A DNA stretch of 62,517 nt, counting the filler, from Nemertoderma westbladi (Eukaryota; Animalia; Xenacoelomorpha), in assembly GCA_032718475.1 (NCBI GenBank). It is 4 parts of 4 records of this genome, joined end to end, with 100 filler letters (N's around TTAATTAATTAA, not from the genome) between each part and the next. Parts side by side here need not be neighbours in the genome. Positions count along the whole stretch, not along the records: positions 47,528 to 59,233 come from JAUCBJ010004068.1; positions 59,334 to 62,517 come from JAUCBJ010003762.1; 2 more parts are not named here. One strand, written 5' to 3'. The notes under the pieces are model-generated. The model had not been told where the DNA came from and made no database searches. It was given only the letters and a program-made list of their open reading frames with translations. Below, one piece after another: positions 52,401-62,517 of this stretch. Numbering within the stretch: position 1 is the first letter of the stretch; each line of letters begins with the position of its first letter. The translations under genes were made by a program, and so were the position numbers.

Positions 52401-53065
52401 TCCCACCCGTAAACTTTAATTAGTTTCATACCAACTAATATTTCATTAATCAAGGTTATTCTTCGGTCAGTGAACGATGCAGCTTTCCGCCGTACAATGG
52501 AAAATAATTTGGCGAATCCAAGACTCATCGGAAAGACTAACATAACCAGTAACATACCAAAAATACCAGACCATCCCAGATTGAAAAACATTAAAGGGAA
52601 CACTAAAATCACTAAAATAGGTGTTGAAATCAAGCTATTCCCCAGAATTGCAAAGGATTCAAATCTCCCAACATCTGAGGACAACAAGTTGGTAACTTGG
52701 CCAGTTGTTGTACTTTGGATATTAAAAGAATTTAATGACAATATTTTCCTATAGATGAGAGCACTGCAACTAACTTTAATCTTGGTCCACAATAGTTTAG
52801 AATATAACGAAGAATTTGTAGATGCGATGACAGACACAAACGAAGTTCCACCAATCATTAAGCAATCAAGTAATGCTCTTTCTCTTGAAACATTACCATC
52901 CATTTCCAAATAATGTTCAATAAACCGTTGTAAAAATATTAATCTAACCAACTGGGAGACTTCGTGAATGGTTCTTAATATACAACATATAAGGTATTCT
53001 TTCCAATGTATTATTATCAGTGCTCTTGGAATATTGAATTTGTCTTGTCTTGTTCCATCCACATT
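49451..53065 (-). CDS. ABCC4: ABCC4/MRP4-like ABC transporter, 3.6-kb main exon (TMD1-NBD1-TMD2-NBD2)
   Basis: NBD1: GPVGSGKS, LSGGQKAR, YLMDDPLSAVD. NBD2: GRTGAGKSS, NLSVGERQL, DEATS, IAHR. ILNRFSKD in TMD2. Acceptor TTTCAG|AAT at 53066/53065. Confidence 0.93.
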   Translation of the reverse strand, partial: NVDGTRQDKFNIPRALIIIHWKEYLICCILRTIHEVSQLVRLIFLQRFIEHYLEMDGNVSRERALLDCLMIGGTSFVSVIASTNSSLYSKLLWTKIKVSCSALIYRKILSLNSFNIQSTTTGQVTNLLSSDVGRFESFAILGNSLISTPILVILVFPLMFFNLGWSGIFGMLLVMLVFPMSLGFAKLFSIVRRKAASFTDRRITLINEILVGMKLIKVYGWEEFYEAAVKNARSKEFSQICKIMYCHSFYSTILFAYVNVVIFCVYVLYSGIGFQLNIITVLSSNIILMNVITSVLVFATALRELGELHCVFQRINNFVGFNYELFDFVELQRKVKMRNISDSKDIFVNVDNILGRWSFNNGSIIQISFNAVLGEIVYIIGPVGSGKSSILQAILGEWLPENGSIETNGKLAYVSQTPFIFSGTIRENILLGQMFERKWYNEVIKLCCLSLDLLLFKDGDMTLVGEKGISLSGGQKARISLARAVYSRANIYLMDDPLSAVDRRVANNLVDNCLKHCLSKGIVIMVTHLLEIIPANSKTVSLYGKDITESLIRNNLSQTSKCMEINITKTTESKLREDENYNANIDNNSENNDRTAKSSVTMILVYIKSGLSAPRFLVLVSTGILTYVYLSLSDYWLVNWATQQSFNNSQSHNYVEVNNNIINQLIIKSQWRDIVLGYAYLVFSCLLCSTISMLTLYHVILGASDKLHGDIFKRVAHAPMKFFEQNPAGGILNRFSKDIGIMDNILPELVVDMVNIACRCTLAILLSGIANPWTLLLAIPTVVLLFLIRLYIMKSLKQVKFIEGSVRNPIFQHASDTMEGREIIKAFAVQPFYVKRFFAHIDRHTESLYMVYNLTTLLTMSISILFTIFSIFVLFISLYMGSFVSNEILFVAVIYVFGLVNFITYFMMVTAQLEIKLTSVERVLDFYNLDQEAPFHIPGIKIPNHWPNSGIITFKNVKLTYGDNEVLHGINFKTRPFEKIGVVGRTGAGKSSLFTVLLRLVEPQGIITIDDVDITKIGLHDLRKSIAVIPQDPVLFEGSLRYNLDPFNEFNGIEIIGALERVQLKSFLEMRHDSRYGYGSILPHGGQIDILNFVVESRGANLSVGERQLICLARAMLRKYMIVLIDEATSSIDQFTDELIQSAISKNFADATVLTIAHRIDTIINCDRIIVMSEGKIVEFDKPDILIENENSLLYLTAKKTKNN

Positions 53066-53556
53066 CTGAAATGTAATTTTTCAAAATAAAGACTGATGTA
53101 GAAATTTACATTGTTATATATTTATTAAGAACCTCCATATCGGCTTTACTAATGATTATCAGATGATACTATGTCTATCATTGTAATGGTTTATCATAAA
53201 TGTCGAACAATAACTACTAAAACTACGGCGCCCAAAGTTATCTTGAACGCACAACATATAATCTCGAGCGCATTTGCACTACTCACCAAATCAGGCCAAA
53301 CTATCAAATCCAAAATATCTTTACCGTATATAACAAAAAAATATATTTCACAAAGTCCCTTTAGGGGCGCCGGACAAAACACCAAAACACAAATTTATAT
53401 TATTTTTTAAATCCCCTGAGACAAAGACAAATCACTTGGCTGAGGCCTTTCTACCAAGACCAGTTTGAAGAACTTTTATCAGACCCATATTGGATATTAT
53501 TTGCAGGACATAAGCGCTAGTGATATAGTTATTTTTACATACGATATAACAACAAA

Positions 53557-53812
53557 GGTTATTGTTTTGGTTAGAAAAATCCGTCTCTATAACCTGCTCC
53601 TTTCCCTCAATTGGTAACAAGATCGTTTATTGTTTTGGTTAGAAAAGGCCATATCTGTAACCTGCTCCATTCCCTCAATTGGTAACAACATCGTTTATTG
53701 TTTTGGTTAGAAAAACCCGTCTCTGTAACCTGCTCCATCCCCTCAATTGGTAACAACATCGTTTATTGTTTTGGTTTGAAAACCCCGTATGAGAAACCTG
53801 CCCCTTTCCCTA
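53557..53812. repeat. 68-bp tandem array (about 3.7 copies) of the dispersed TTTATTGTTTTGGTTAG...CTGTAACCTG..CCCTCAATTGG module
   Basis: Period 68 (53561, 53629, 53697, 53765). Single copies occur elsewhere in the window. Confidence 0.9.
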
Positions 53813-54239
53813 AATTTTATTGGACACTAAAATGGTTTCTAACCTGCATTATTATTTGTGTTGGGGGGGGGGGGGGGGGGGGGTAACAGGACAGTACCAA
53901 AATGCTCGACATTGCCTATGCAATGATACAATATTATACATGTACTAATCAGTATCCACCCCTACTGCCATTATAAATAAACTACATTATATTTTTCTAT
54001 CTTATTATCCCTATCACCCACATCATTATTGAACTATCCCTTTTCGCGCTTAACGTTCGTGTATTTCTTTCCTTTCGTCGTCATCCGTGGACAGTCACGT
54101 GATGTTTAACAAACAGTTAGCAATAACTGTGAGAGATTCATTTTACCACCTGCGCTTCTTGTCTTCTTGTCACGCTGCACCACTGGCTTCCAGTTCGCAG
54201 TCGAATTAAGTACAAGATCGCAATACTCACATACTGTAC

Positions 54240-54480
54240 AAATGTCTTAATCTGGAATCTAACTATTTGAGTGAGAAACTGAAACCTTCCAAACTTTCCA
54301 AACTGCAATTCAGCTAATGCTGGCCTCCTGAAGATTCCACGGTATCGGGTTAAAAATTATTGAAAACCGGCCTTTAGTGTCTCGGCTCCGACCACTGCAC
54401 TCCGACTCCGACTCCCGGCTCCGACCACCTGGACCTCGCTACCCTCTGATGTGCGCTCTGCACCGACCATAGCTAGCCTA
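54240..54480 (+). mobile_element. Degraded L2 LINE 3' fragment in the ABCC intron
   Basis: SANAGLLKIPRYRV..AFSVSAPT..WTSLPSDVRSA. Confidence 0.6.
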
Positions 54481-55174
54481 CTTGCGCTAGTATACGATTG
54501 CTGATATGATCTGGAGAAGGGGTGCAGTCACTTTCCTAATAAGTCATCTCCCCAAGGTCACTTGACCGATAAGTTGCTAAAAATCAGCTGATTTCTACAA
54601 AATTAATTATAGTATCCAAACATACGTCGTTACATGTCTCATTTTGATAATTATGTTCTGGGAATTCAAAAATTGTTCATTATTTCGCATAAACAATACA
54701 TTATATAAAATTAATTTCAACAATTACAAACATTCAAGACATGTTATCGCAGTCCCTTTCATACTATGGGAATTAATAATTAAAAAAAAGCAATAAAAAT
54801 TCTGGGAGTGTATGGAAACAGGAGACAAGGGGGGAAACTGGACGCAAAACCCGCCTTGTCGAATTAATAACCCGCCTCAATGTTAAATTCTCAATTTAGG
54901 GAAAGGAGCAGGTTACAGTGGAACGTTATTTTAACTAAAATAATAAACTCTAATACTAAACACATTAGAACAGGTTGCAGTTTTATTTTTGCTCGTAAAC
55001 AGCTGTTATTTGCGTCCAACTTCCCCTAGAGAGGGATGAATTGAATTTGTATTGCGTCCAGTCCCCCCCCCCCCCCCCCCCCATATCTGCTTTTTATATC
55101 CTATACAATACAATATTAAAAGTTACTGAAGAACTACAATAGCTATTTATTACTGTGTAATAAACAGAAATAAC

Positions 55175-55351
55175 CTTGCTGTTTAAAGTGTTTAGTAGAA
55201 TGCGGCTCCGGCAATCAGCTGTTAGACATTCAGGAATTGGTCTAAAGAAGTCATCACTTGTTATTCGCCTGTGTGATTGAATTCTTAGGAAAGGCAAAAT
55301 GTATGAATAGAACCAAGGGAAGAAAGGATTTATTTTCAAATATGATCTCAT
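55175..55351 (-). CDS. ABCC4: ABCC4-like upstream coding exon (lasso region); the exon may extend to an acceptor at 55377
   Basis: NPFFPWFYSYILPFL..SHRRITSDDFF. Donor AAG|GTTATT is phase 0, matching the main exon. Confidence 0.75.
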
Positions 55352-55579
55352 AATCTCCAGTTCTGGTCTCTCATAATCTACAATAGGTTAAATGAGAAAT
55401 ACCGGTAGTCAATAAGTAAACAATAACTACAGAAGTCAAAAGTAACAGCCTATTCCTTTTAAAGACCTTGTCAGTCTGACTGGCTTATGCTAGAATAAGC
55501 TAATAGTCCAGGCGCTAAAGTTCCACTTTAATTAAAGTACAGTGCAGTACAAAATGGTACAGGGTAAGGTACGACACGG

Positions 55580-56438
55580 GACCGTACAGTACAGAGCAGG
55601 TACAGTATATGGTGGTTTGGTACAGTTTAGTACGATATGGTAAAGTACAGTAAGTATTGTAAGAGGTATGTCGGTATGGTATGTTACGGTTACGGTACAG
55701 TACAGTATATGGTGGTTTGGTACAGTTTAGTACGATATGGTAAAGTATTGTACGAGGTATGTCGGTATGGTATGGTACGGTACAGTACAGTATATGGTGG
55801 TTTGGTACAGTTTAGTACGATGTGGTAAAGTATTGTACGAGGTATGTCGGTATGGTTACGGTACAGTACAGTATATGGTGGTTTGGTACAGTTTAGTACG
55901 ATGTGGTAAAGTATTGTACGAGGTATGTCGGTATGGTTACGGTACAGTACAGTATATAGTGGTTTGGTACAGTTTAGTACGATGTGGTAAAGTATTGTAC
56001 GAGGTATGTCGGTATGGTACGGTACAGTACAGTATATGGTGGTTTGGTACAGTTTAGTACGATGTGGTAAAGTTTAGTATGATGTGGTAAAGTATTGTAC
56101 TAGGTATGTCGGTATGGTACGGTACAGTACAGTATATGGTGGTTTGGTACAGTTTAGTACGATATGTGAAAGTAAGTATTGTAGGAGGTATGTCGGTATG
56201 GTATGGTACGGTTACGGTACAGTACAGTATATGGTGGTTTAGTACAGTTTAGTACGATATGGTAAAGTATTGTACGAGGTATGCCGGTATGGTTACGGTA
56301 CAGTACAGTATATGGTGGTTTGGTACAGTTTAGTACGATATGGAAAAGTATTGTACGAGGTATGTCGGTATGGTATGGTACGATTACTGTACAGTACAGT
56401 ATATGGTGGTTTGGTACAGTTTAGTACGATATGGAAAA
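55580..56438. repeat. About 76-91-bp tandem repeat built from GTAC(A/G)/GTATG pentamers, about 10 copies
   Basis: Recurring GTACAGTATATGGTGGTTTGGTACAGTTTAGTACGAT core. Confidence 0.93.
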
Positions 56439-57952
56439 GTTGTAAAAGCCTTTGCTGAATTGCCCCGTTATTTTTATTATCTTTTACATTAAAATACTCT
56501 GTAGTTGATTTAATAAGTGTAAGAGACCGTATTATTGCCGTATCGGTGTTTTTAGAGGATCTAAGACCTATTTCCTCCGTATGTGTACTGTGAAAGGCAT
56601 ATTTTATGATTCTATGGCAATTCGTGACGCAAAGGGGTGATAGCTACTCTTGAACAGTAGTTACTATGACTACGGTTAACAGCTGATATTCATACGTGTT
56701 GATTTCCTTTGTTCTACGGCGTCTCTCAGTTCAGTCAGCCAATTAGAGCGTTTTTGTGGCTCCTTGTACAGAAAATTTCCGAGAAATGACGCAATGCCTA
56801 TGTGCAGTGTTTACATTCAGTCCTGAGCCAAAGAAAGAACGGCTTGGAAGTATTTTGTGCTTTACTGTTTTTTAGTCTTACACTAGTAGGTTTAATTATA
56901 AAGGGCATATATCCTTTAACCCTAACGACTACTGATGACTGATCATACATCCTGACTGCTGAAACATTCCAAACTCATAACAATCAGTGTTCAGTTGTTG
57001 TTTTATACTGCTATTTACTGTCAGTTCTTCATAATATGGTTGATGAATAATTATATTTGGAATAACGAGAAATAACCCCGAAACCCAATATTCTTGATAT
57101 ACCGAAGGTAAGAGAGAAAGGTTACAGATAAACGATTGTGACTTATGTTAAAGTGGTTTGAAGTGAATCTAATGTTATTTGATAGACCCTACATGAGCCA
57201 GTCTGTGTTCCTTTTATATGTGACTAAAATCAGTGAAGATCGGCAGATTAGTGTGCAGCATTGTGTATGAGTGAGTCTGTTAAAGAAGCATTCCTAAAGA
57301 ATGCGCCATATATGTGAATTATAATTAAGCCATATCGTTGTGAGTAGTTTAAGTCATAACTCTGTTTATATAGATAAAGCGCCACGTCCTAAAGGAACTG
57401 TTAATATTCCCGAAGGTGAATAATATTGTCAGAGATTATATAATACTGTCAGTCGAATAATACATTAGGCTTACATAGCAATAAAATTAAACCGTCGAAC
57501 CCAATCTCCCGGGAATCTCCAGCGGGTGAATGGTCGCGCACGGATTGGTTTCGACTAGTGTAGTGAATCAAATACTTGTCATAGACTAAAAACTGATTTA
57601 ATATCTAGAAGACATCTTGATTTGGTGGGTTAAACTGCCAAAGGTCTGAAAGCGCGAACATTAAAGGATATATACTTCTTTATTGCAGTAAGCAATAAAG
57701 TTGAAAGTACCGGTCAACCGGTAAACCTGAACAGTACACCTGTAGGTCAGTAGGCCCAACCGCTAGAACCGGTACTGCCGTATAAGTACACTAGTATTAT
57801 TCGATTTGATTGTTGTATACCGGTAGGCTGTTTAAGAGATTAGGGACTGTACACCCCTTGTTTCTTTTGGAGCTTCTTATTTCTGTCAGTTTTATTTGTT
57901 TGTAGGCCAGTATTGAACAGAAGGCGTGTAAACCTGATCAGATTGTACAGAC

Positions 57953-58510
57953 AATTTGTAGGCTGAGCTGTTGTCTGATTGCTGTTAAGTCTGAACGGAT
58001 TACAGTGTGTGTAGAGCACTTGTCCGATTAAGTACGGTTAGGAAGTAGGGGCAGCCAATGCGGTAAGGTAAACCCCCAACTAAAGAATAAGTCGCACTAC
58101 TGGGTTAGAGCGCATACTCCCTAATCATTTCGGAGTCTGCATGTCCTGTGGTTTATTTAGGCTTGAGAGTAGTCTGCCATCGTTTAGTCTGTACTTTGTT
58201 TGTGTAAGTCTGTACGGGTAGCGTATAATTTTATTTAGATAATTTGTAGGCTGGATAGTTGTCTGGCTGTTATTAGGTCTGAACGGATTGCCGCGTGTGT
58301 AGATCATCTGTCCGATTAAGTACGGTTAGGCAGTAAGGGCAGCGAACGCTGTAAGGTAAACCCCAACTAAAGAATAAGTCGCACTACTGGGTTAGAGCGC
58401 ATACTCCCTAACCATTTCGGAGTCTGCATATACCGTAGTTTGTTTAGGCTTGATAGTAGTCTGTCAGTGTTCGGGCTGTATTTTGTTTGAGTAGTTTGTA
58501 CGCGTAGCGT
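57953..58510. repeat. Diverged tandem duplication of about 288 bp
   Basis: TGTCCGATTAAGTACGGTTAGG...GGAGTCTGC at 58021 and 58309. Confidence 0.88.
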
Positions 58511-59233
58511 AATATTTATTATTCAGAGTTTATGCGATTATCCGCAACATTCATTCCCTAAGTTTGTTCCTACAGTAATTGTGTTTGTTATACATACCGC
58601 TATAGTTAAATTAACCCCGGTACTACACGGGCTGCTCGGCGTAGGTAAAGACTGGTAATTTTGTGCATCGGTCACTCCAGCAGATGCCGTGGTTCTTTTA
58701 GCTGTTCAAGTATATTTAACTACTGATTATCTGTTGTACAAGTACTCGTACCTAATTTAGGGTTTAGTGTACAGTACTTTCCGAAGTAATTATTGTAGAA
58801 ATTATATCTGTGTTGTAAAGTGGTTGATAGGCACATTCGATTAGCTCTATTAACTTCTAGGTAGGAACACTCCGTGATACATAACGTAGAACCTATAGCG
58901 ATACGGCTATAGGTCGTCAGGCGGTGGTATTTTCCTATCTAGACAATGCAGTGTATTTACTACTACTTATTATTTCAAAACACCGTAGTACCCTGTCCGT
59001 GTAATAACCAGTTTTCTAACCCTTTGTTAGGCTGGTTTGTAGACTTCTTGTAAAATTACCCTAAAAATTCGTATTTGTGTTTTTGTAAATTTTTGTGTTT
59101 ATTTAGAGATTGTAATCTCACCCGAATTGTACGTAATTTGTAGTATTAAGTAACTTAGGTAAATTAGAATTATTTGTTTTAGTGTCCTATACGTAACACT
59201 TCACTGAAAGCGAACCGCTTTGTGTAGTGATTA

Positions 59234-59333
59234 NNNNNNNNNNNNNNNNNNNNNNNNNNNNNNNNNNNNNNNNNNNNTTAATTAATTAANNNNNNNNNNN
59301 NNNNNNNNNNNNNNNNNNNNNNNNNNNNNNNNN
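59234..59333. other. Scaffold gap with artificial linker
   Basis: N block containing TTAATTAATTAA. Confidence 0.99.
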
Positions 59334-60365
59334 TCTAACTGTTTACCACAACCCTACTACTACTGTATGCATTCCAGAAAGAATGCAGTCTGGAGCGTGA
59401 GTATTAAAAAGGAAATGGCTACCTACCATCCTAAGCATAAGCTTAAAGTGGAGACCATGACCAAAAATTGTCACCCTAATCAAATTTTTAGCGAAATAAA
59501 ATAAAATTTTCAAGTTTTCAATTGAAATTCTTATTTACTAAATAATATACTGTAATACAGTAGCATCACCCCGTGATGATCACCCTCTCTCACAAGTTGG
59601 TTGGAAATAAATTATCAATGAGATGTAAAATAAGAAATGTGTCCAGGAGTACAGGCTGGTTGGCCGCTATCCTCCAAGTACATAAACTGTAATACTACAG
59701 TACATTACCGTCTCTGGTAGTGATAGTATCGAAATATCATGTTTTGTTGTTCATTAAATTTCAATTTCCCCTCCATTTTCTGTAAATATTGAACCGGGAA
59801 TTTCAAAACAATACTATTGTCCTATGCTGCAATTTACTGTAGGCCTACTGATCGGTGATTGCGCGTAGCGTTTGGTAGTATTTTTGCTGTTTGGAAGTAA
59901 TTTTTTTATTATCCACTTTACATTATTTCTTTATTCCTAATATATTTTCAATCCTGTGTAGGATTATTTCCTTAAAATTTAATACCGGCTGACCGGTGCC
60001 TGTAGGGCCTACACTTCTGTACTTACGGTACACTCGGTACGGCGGTGCATTATCCTACAGATTTCGAATTTAGCTGGGTTTTGACGAGTTGTGTTTGAAT
60101 ATCTACAGACTGACAGAGTAATTGTAGTACCGGTACCCATTGCCCTACCTGTTGCTTTTACCGTTGCATATTACCAGATTACCGTCAACCGTCTGACCGT
60201 GTAATATCGCCTTCACTGACCACTGACAGACTGACCTGCTGACTGTCTGAGTCTGAGACTAAGCCTGTAAGCTGCTAAGGTTTAATGAGTGAATGAACTA
60301 CAATTTAATAGGATCTATAAACAGGGAAGTACAGAAGTACGAATAGCTGAATAAGCTGTTAGGAT

Positions 60366-61415
60366 ATGGATGTAGATAATCTACTAACGGCGACTGAGAC
60401 AGCCCCTCCTGGGGCCGCGGGAGTGGACGAGCGAATGGACACCGCCCTGGACGTGCTGGAACGCGTGGACGCAGCAGCAGACTCAGCCATGGACGACCGA
60501 GTAGACCCGATACAGGTTGTCTGCACAACTGGTCTGGTATCCACCATGTTGGTTGACGAGGAGACGGAAACATCGCGCGCGGGGAAGAGCCTCGGACAGC
60601 TGACCTCCCGGTTTATCGCCCTACTAAAGGAATCCGAGACGGGGATCCTCGATCTTAAATACGCTACGAAACAACTAAATGTTAAACAGAAACGTCGTAT
60701 CTACGACATAACCCTCGTGCTTGAGGGTATCGGACTCATTGAGAAGACAAACAAGAATTGTATTCAATGGAAGGGCGGATTCAACCAAGAGTCTGACATA
60801 TCGGATCGGGTTTTGGGTTACAGACAAGAGATTAAGGAGTTACAGTACAGGGAAATCTTGTTGGATCAGCATCATTCCTTTATAAAGCAATCGGTTGCCA
60901 ACGTTACCGAGGACTCCGAGAACAGTTGCTATGGATACCTCCATTGCGACGACGTGGTTGGTTGTTTCGAGGAGCAGACTGTCTTGGCGGTTCAGGCACC
61001 TCCGGGAAGTCAGTTGGAAGTCCCCTCAGAGCACCTCCGCCAGTTCCATATGAAGTCCCACACCGGGCCCATCTACGTGATGTTAGTTAATAAGGAGGAT
61101 TCCAATCCCGTCCCCCCTAACTTTGTGGAAAGAAACAACGTTCCCCCTGACTGTGTGGAACGCAGGAACATTACCACAGATACGGAGGAACTGGTTCCTA
61201 ACCCGGAAAAACAACCTGTGTCAACTACCGTGGCAACCAATTGTGTGGCGTTGCCAGGGACTAGCAGAGCGGTGGCCGGGGGAACCCAGCGGACTTCGCA
61301 ACCGGCAACCAGCCAGTTAGTTCGTCTTTCCCCTCCCCATGTTGACACGACGACTAACTATACATTTAAACTGGACGACACTGAGGGTTTATGCAACCTG
61401 TTTGATTTACCGTAA
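60366..61415 (+). CDS. E2F4: E2F4/5-like transcription factor, single coding exon, 349 aa
   Basis: KSLGQLT.RF, QKRRIYDIT.VLEGIGLIEK..KN.IQW, marked box (AVQAPPGSQLEVP, KS..GPI.V) and C-terminal pocket-protein motif YTFKLDDTEGLCNLFD. Confidence 0.93.
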   Translation: MDVDNLLTATETAPPGAAGVDERMDTALDVLERVDAAADSAMDDRVDPIQVVCTTGLVSTMLVDEETETSRAGKSLGQLTSRFIALLKESETGILDLKYATKQLNVKQKRRIYDITLVLEGIGLIEKTNKNCIQWKGGFNQESDISDRVLGYRQEIKELQYREILLDQHHSFIKQSVANVTEDSENSCYGYLHCDDVVGCFEEQTVLAVQAPPGSQLEVPSEHLRQFHMKSHTGPIYVMLVNKEDSNPVPPNFVERNNVPPDCVERRNITTDTEELVPNPEKQPVSTTVATNCVALPGTSRAVAGGTQRTSQPATSQLVRLSPPHVDTTTNYTFKLDDTEGLCNLFDLP

Positions 61416-61488
61416 CTTTAGTTTAACTAATTCTTTCTCACCGAAATACACCATTATTCGGTGACATATACCCCACCCCCAAAATACA

Positions 61489-61494
61489 AATAAA
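61489..61494 (+). terminator. Polyadenylation signal of the E2F gene
   Basis: AATAAA about 75 nt after the stop, followed by a T/GT-rich stretch. Confidence 0.5.
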
Positions 61495-62517
61495 ATTTTA
61501 CAAAATTTATTGTGTACTAACTTATTTTCGCTTTCAATCTTTAACTACTTTTGAAAATATTCCATCAATTCAAGAAATATAAAACTGACATTATTATTAA
61601 TTCTCAATGATGTAGCTGTCCCACTCCAGCTTATAGTGTTGAGTTTTAGTTTCCTGATTTTGTGGTTCTTTGTCATTAATTAAGGTTTACTGGATATTTA
61701 TTTAAAATACCCTGTATTATTGAGGAGATTTAATTTATCCCCATTATAAAATAATGGGGAATTTATTTGGAATGCTATTTGCTACTACAGAAAAAGATAT
61801 CGCTTCTTTTATAATTATATATTTTAAGTCGCTGTTGGTATATCATTGCTGCTGGTGTACATTTAAAACAAACACGTAAATATTAATTTAAAGCAGAATT
61901 TTGTTTATTTCCCCTGTTCCACAACATCATGACCACTGAAACAAACAGCAAAATTTTAATAAATAATATCCTTGAGGCCACATAGACACGACGCGGAATA
62001 TAGAAATGGGGAGGATTTTATTTCCGTATTTGAAACAATTTCTTTAAGAATAATTAATGGAATTATTATTGAATCTATTTGCGGAAACACTTCCTTCCTC
62101 CCAACATTGATTTGTTAGGTTTCTAAAATCGACTCAATAGGTTTACAGCTGTTTATCTTTGTTAAACTTGTTAATTGATTATCTGTATCTTTAGAGTGTA
62201 TATACTGTATGTTATGATATTATAAATAATTACTAAGTAAGAAAGGTGTTGCTTCATTCATTATTGTTGTTTATGTTCTATTTAATTAAATTAGGTCTAG
62301 ATAAAGACCAGTCCCGAGGAAGATAACTGGGTGGAGTGGAAAAAGTTTTTTTAATTTAATTTCATCCAGCCAAGTTAGGATATCCTCGAAATGCAAATAG
62401 AGAGTGCCGAGGGGGGGGGGGGATTCTATGGGATCTAAATTCGTCCCTCTCCAGGTGAAAATCTATGCGAATAGATTACGATTATCTTAAAAGATTTAAC
62501 TATAAGCTCCTAAGCTG

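Noticed and set aside
55637-56458. Tyr/Val/Gly-rich ORFs
   Set aside because: Translations of the pentamer-based tandem repeat.
61438-61464. 8-bp stem-loop in the E2F 3' UTR
   Set aside because: Too short to distinguish from chance without conservation data.

Overview
Eukaryotic, most likely invertebrate animal, genomic DNA. It is AT-rich and repeat-dense, with three 100-bp scaffold gaps that carry an artificial TTAATTAATTAA linker. Host genes: the first coding exon of acetyl-CoA carboxylase (-), a complete 6-exon GALNT10-like O-GalNAc transferase (-, about 636 aa), a two-coding-exon ABCC4-like exporter (-, about 1263 aa), an intronless E2F4/5-like gene (+) and a probable small signal-peptide gene split by a gap (+). 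Introns and intergenic DNA hold kb-scale satellites, nested non-autonomous DNA transposons (piggyBac-, hAT- and possibly Sola-like), tRNA-derived SINEs and L2/CR1/RTE/CRE LINE pieces. Main observations: (1) two large intronic satellites abut real splice junctions and their monomers resemble those junctions; (2) an L2-type LINE has ORF1 and ORF2 in frame, separated only by UGA-CUA (a readthrough context) and followed by a 30-bp Pro/Ala-coding repeat; (3) several satellites sit inside TIR elements, one set nested at least three levels deep; (4) the E2F has Leu in place of the conserved Asn of RRxYDxxNVL. Coordinates were read by eye and no database searches were run.
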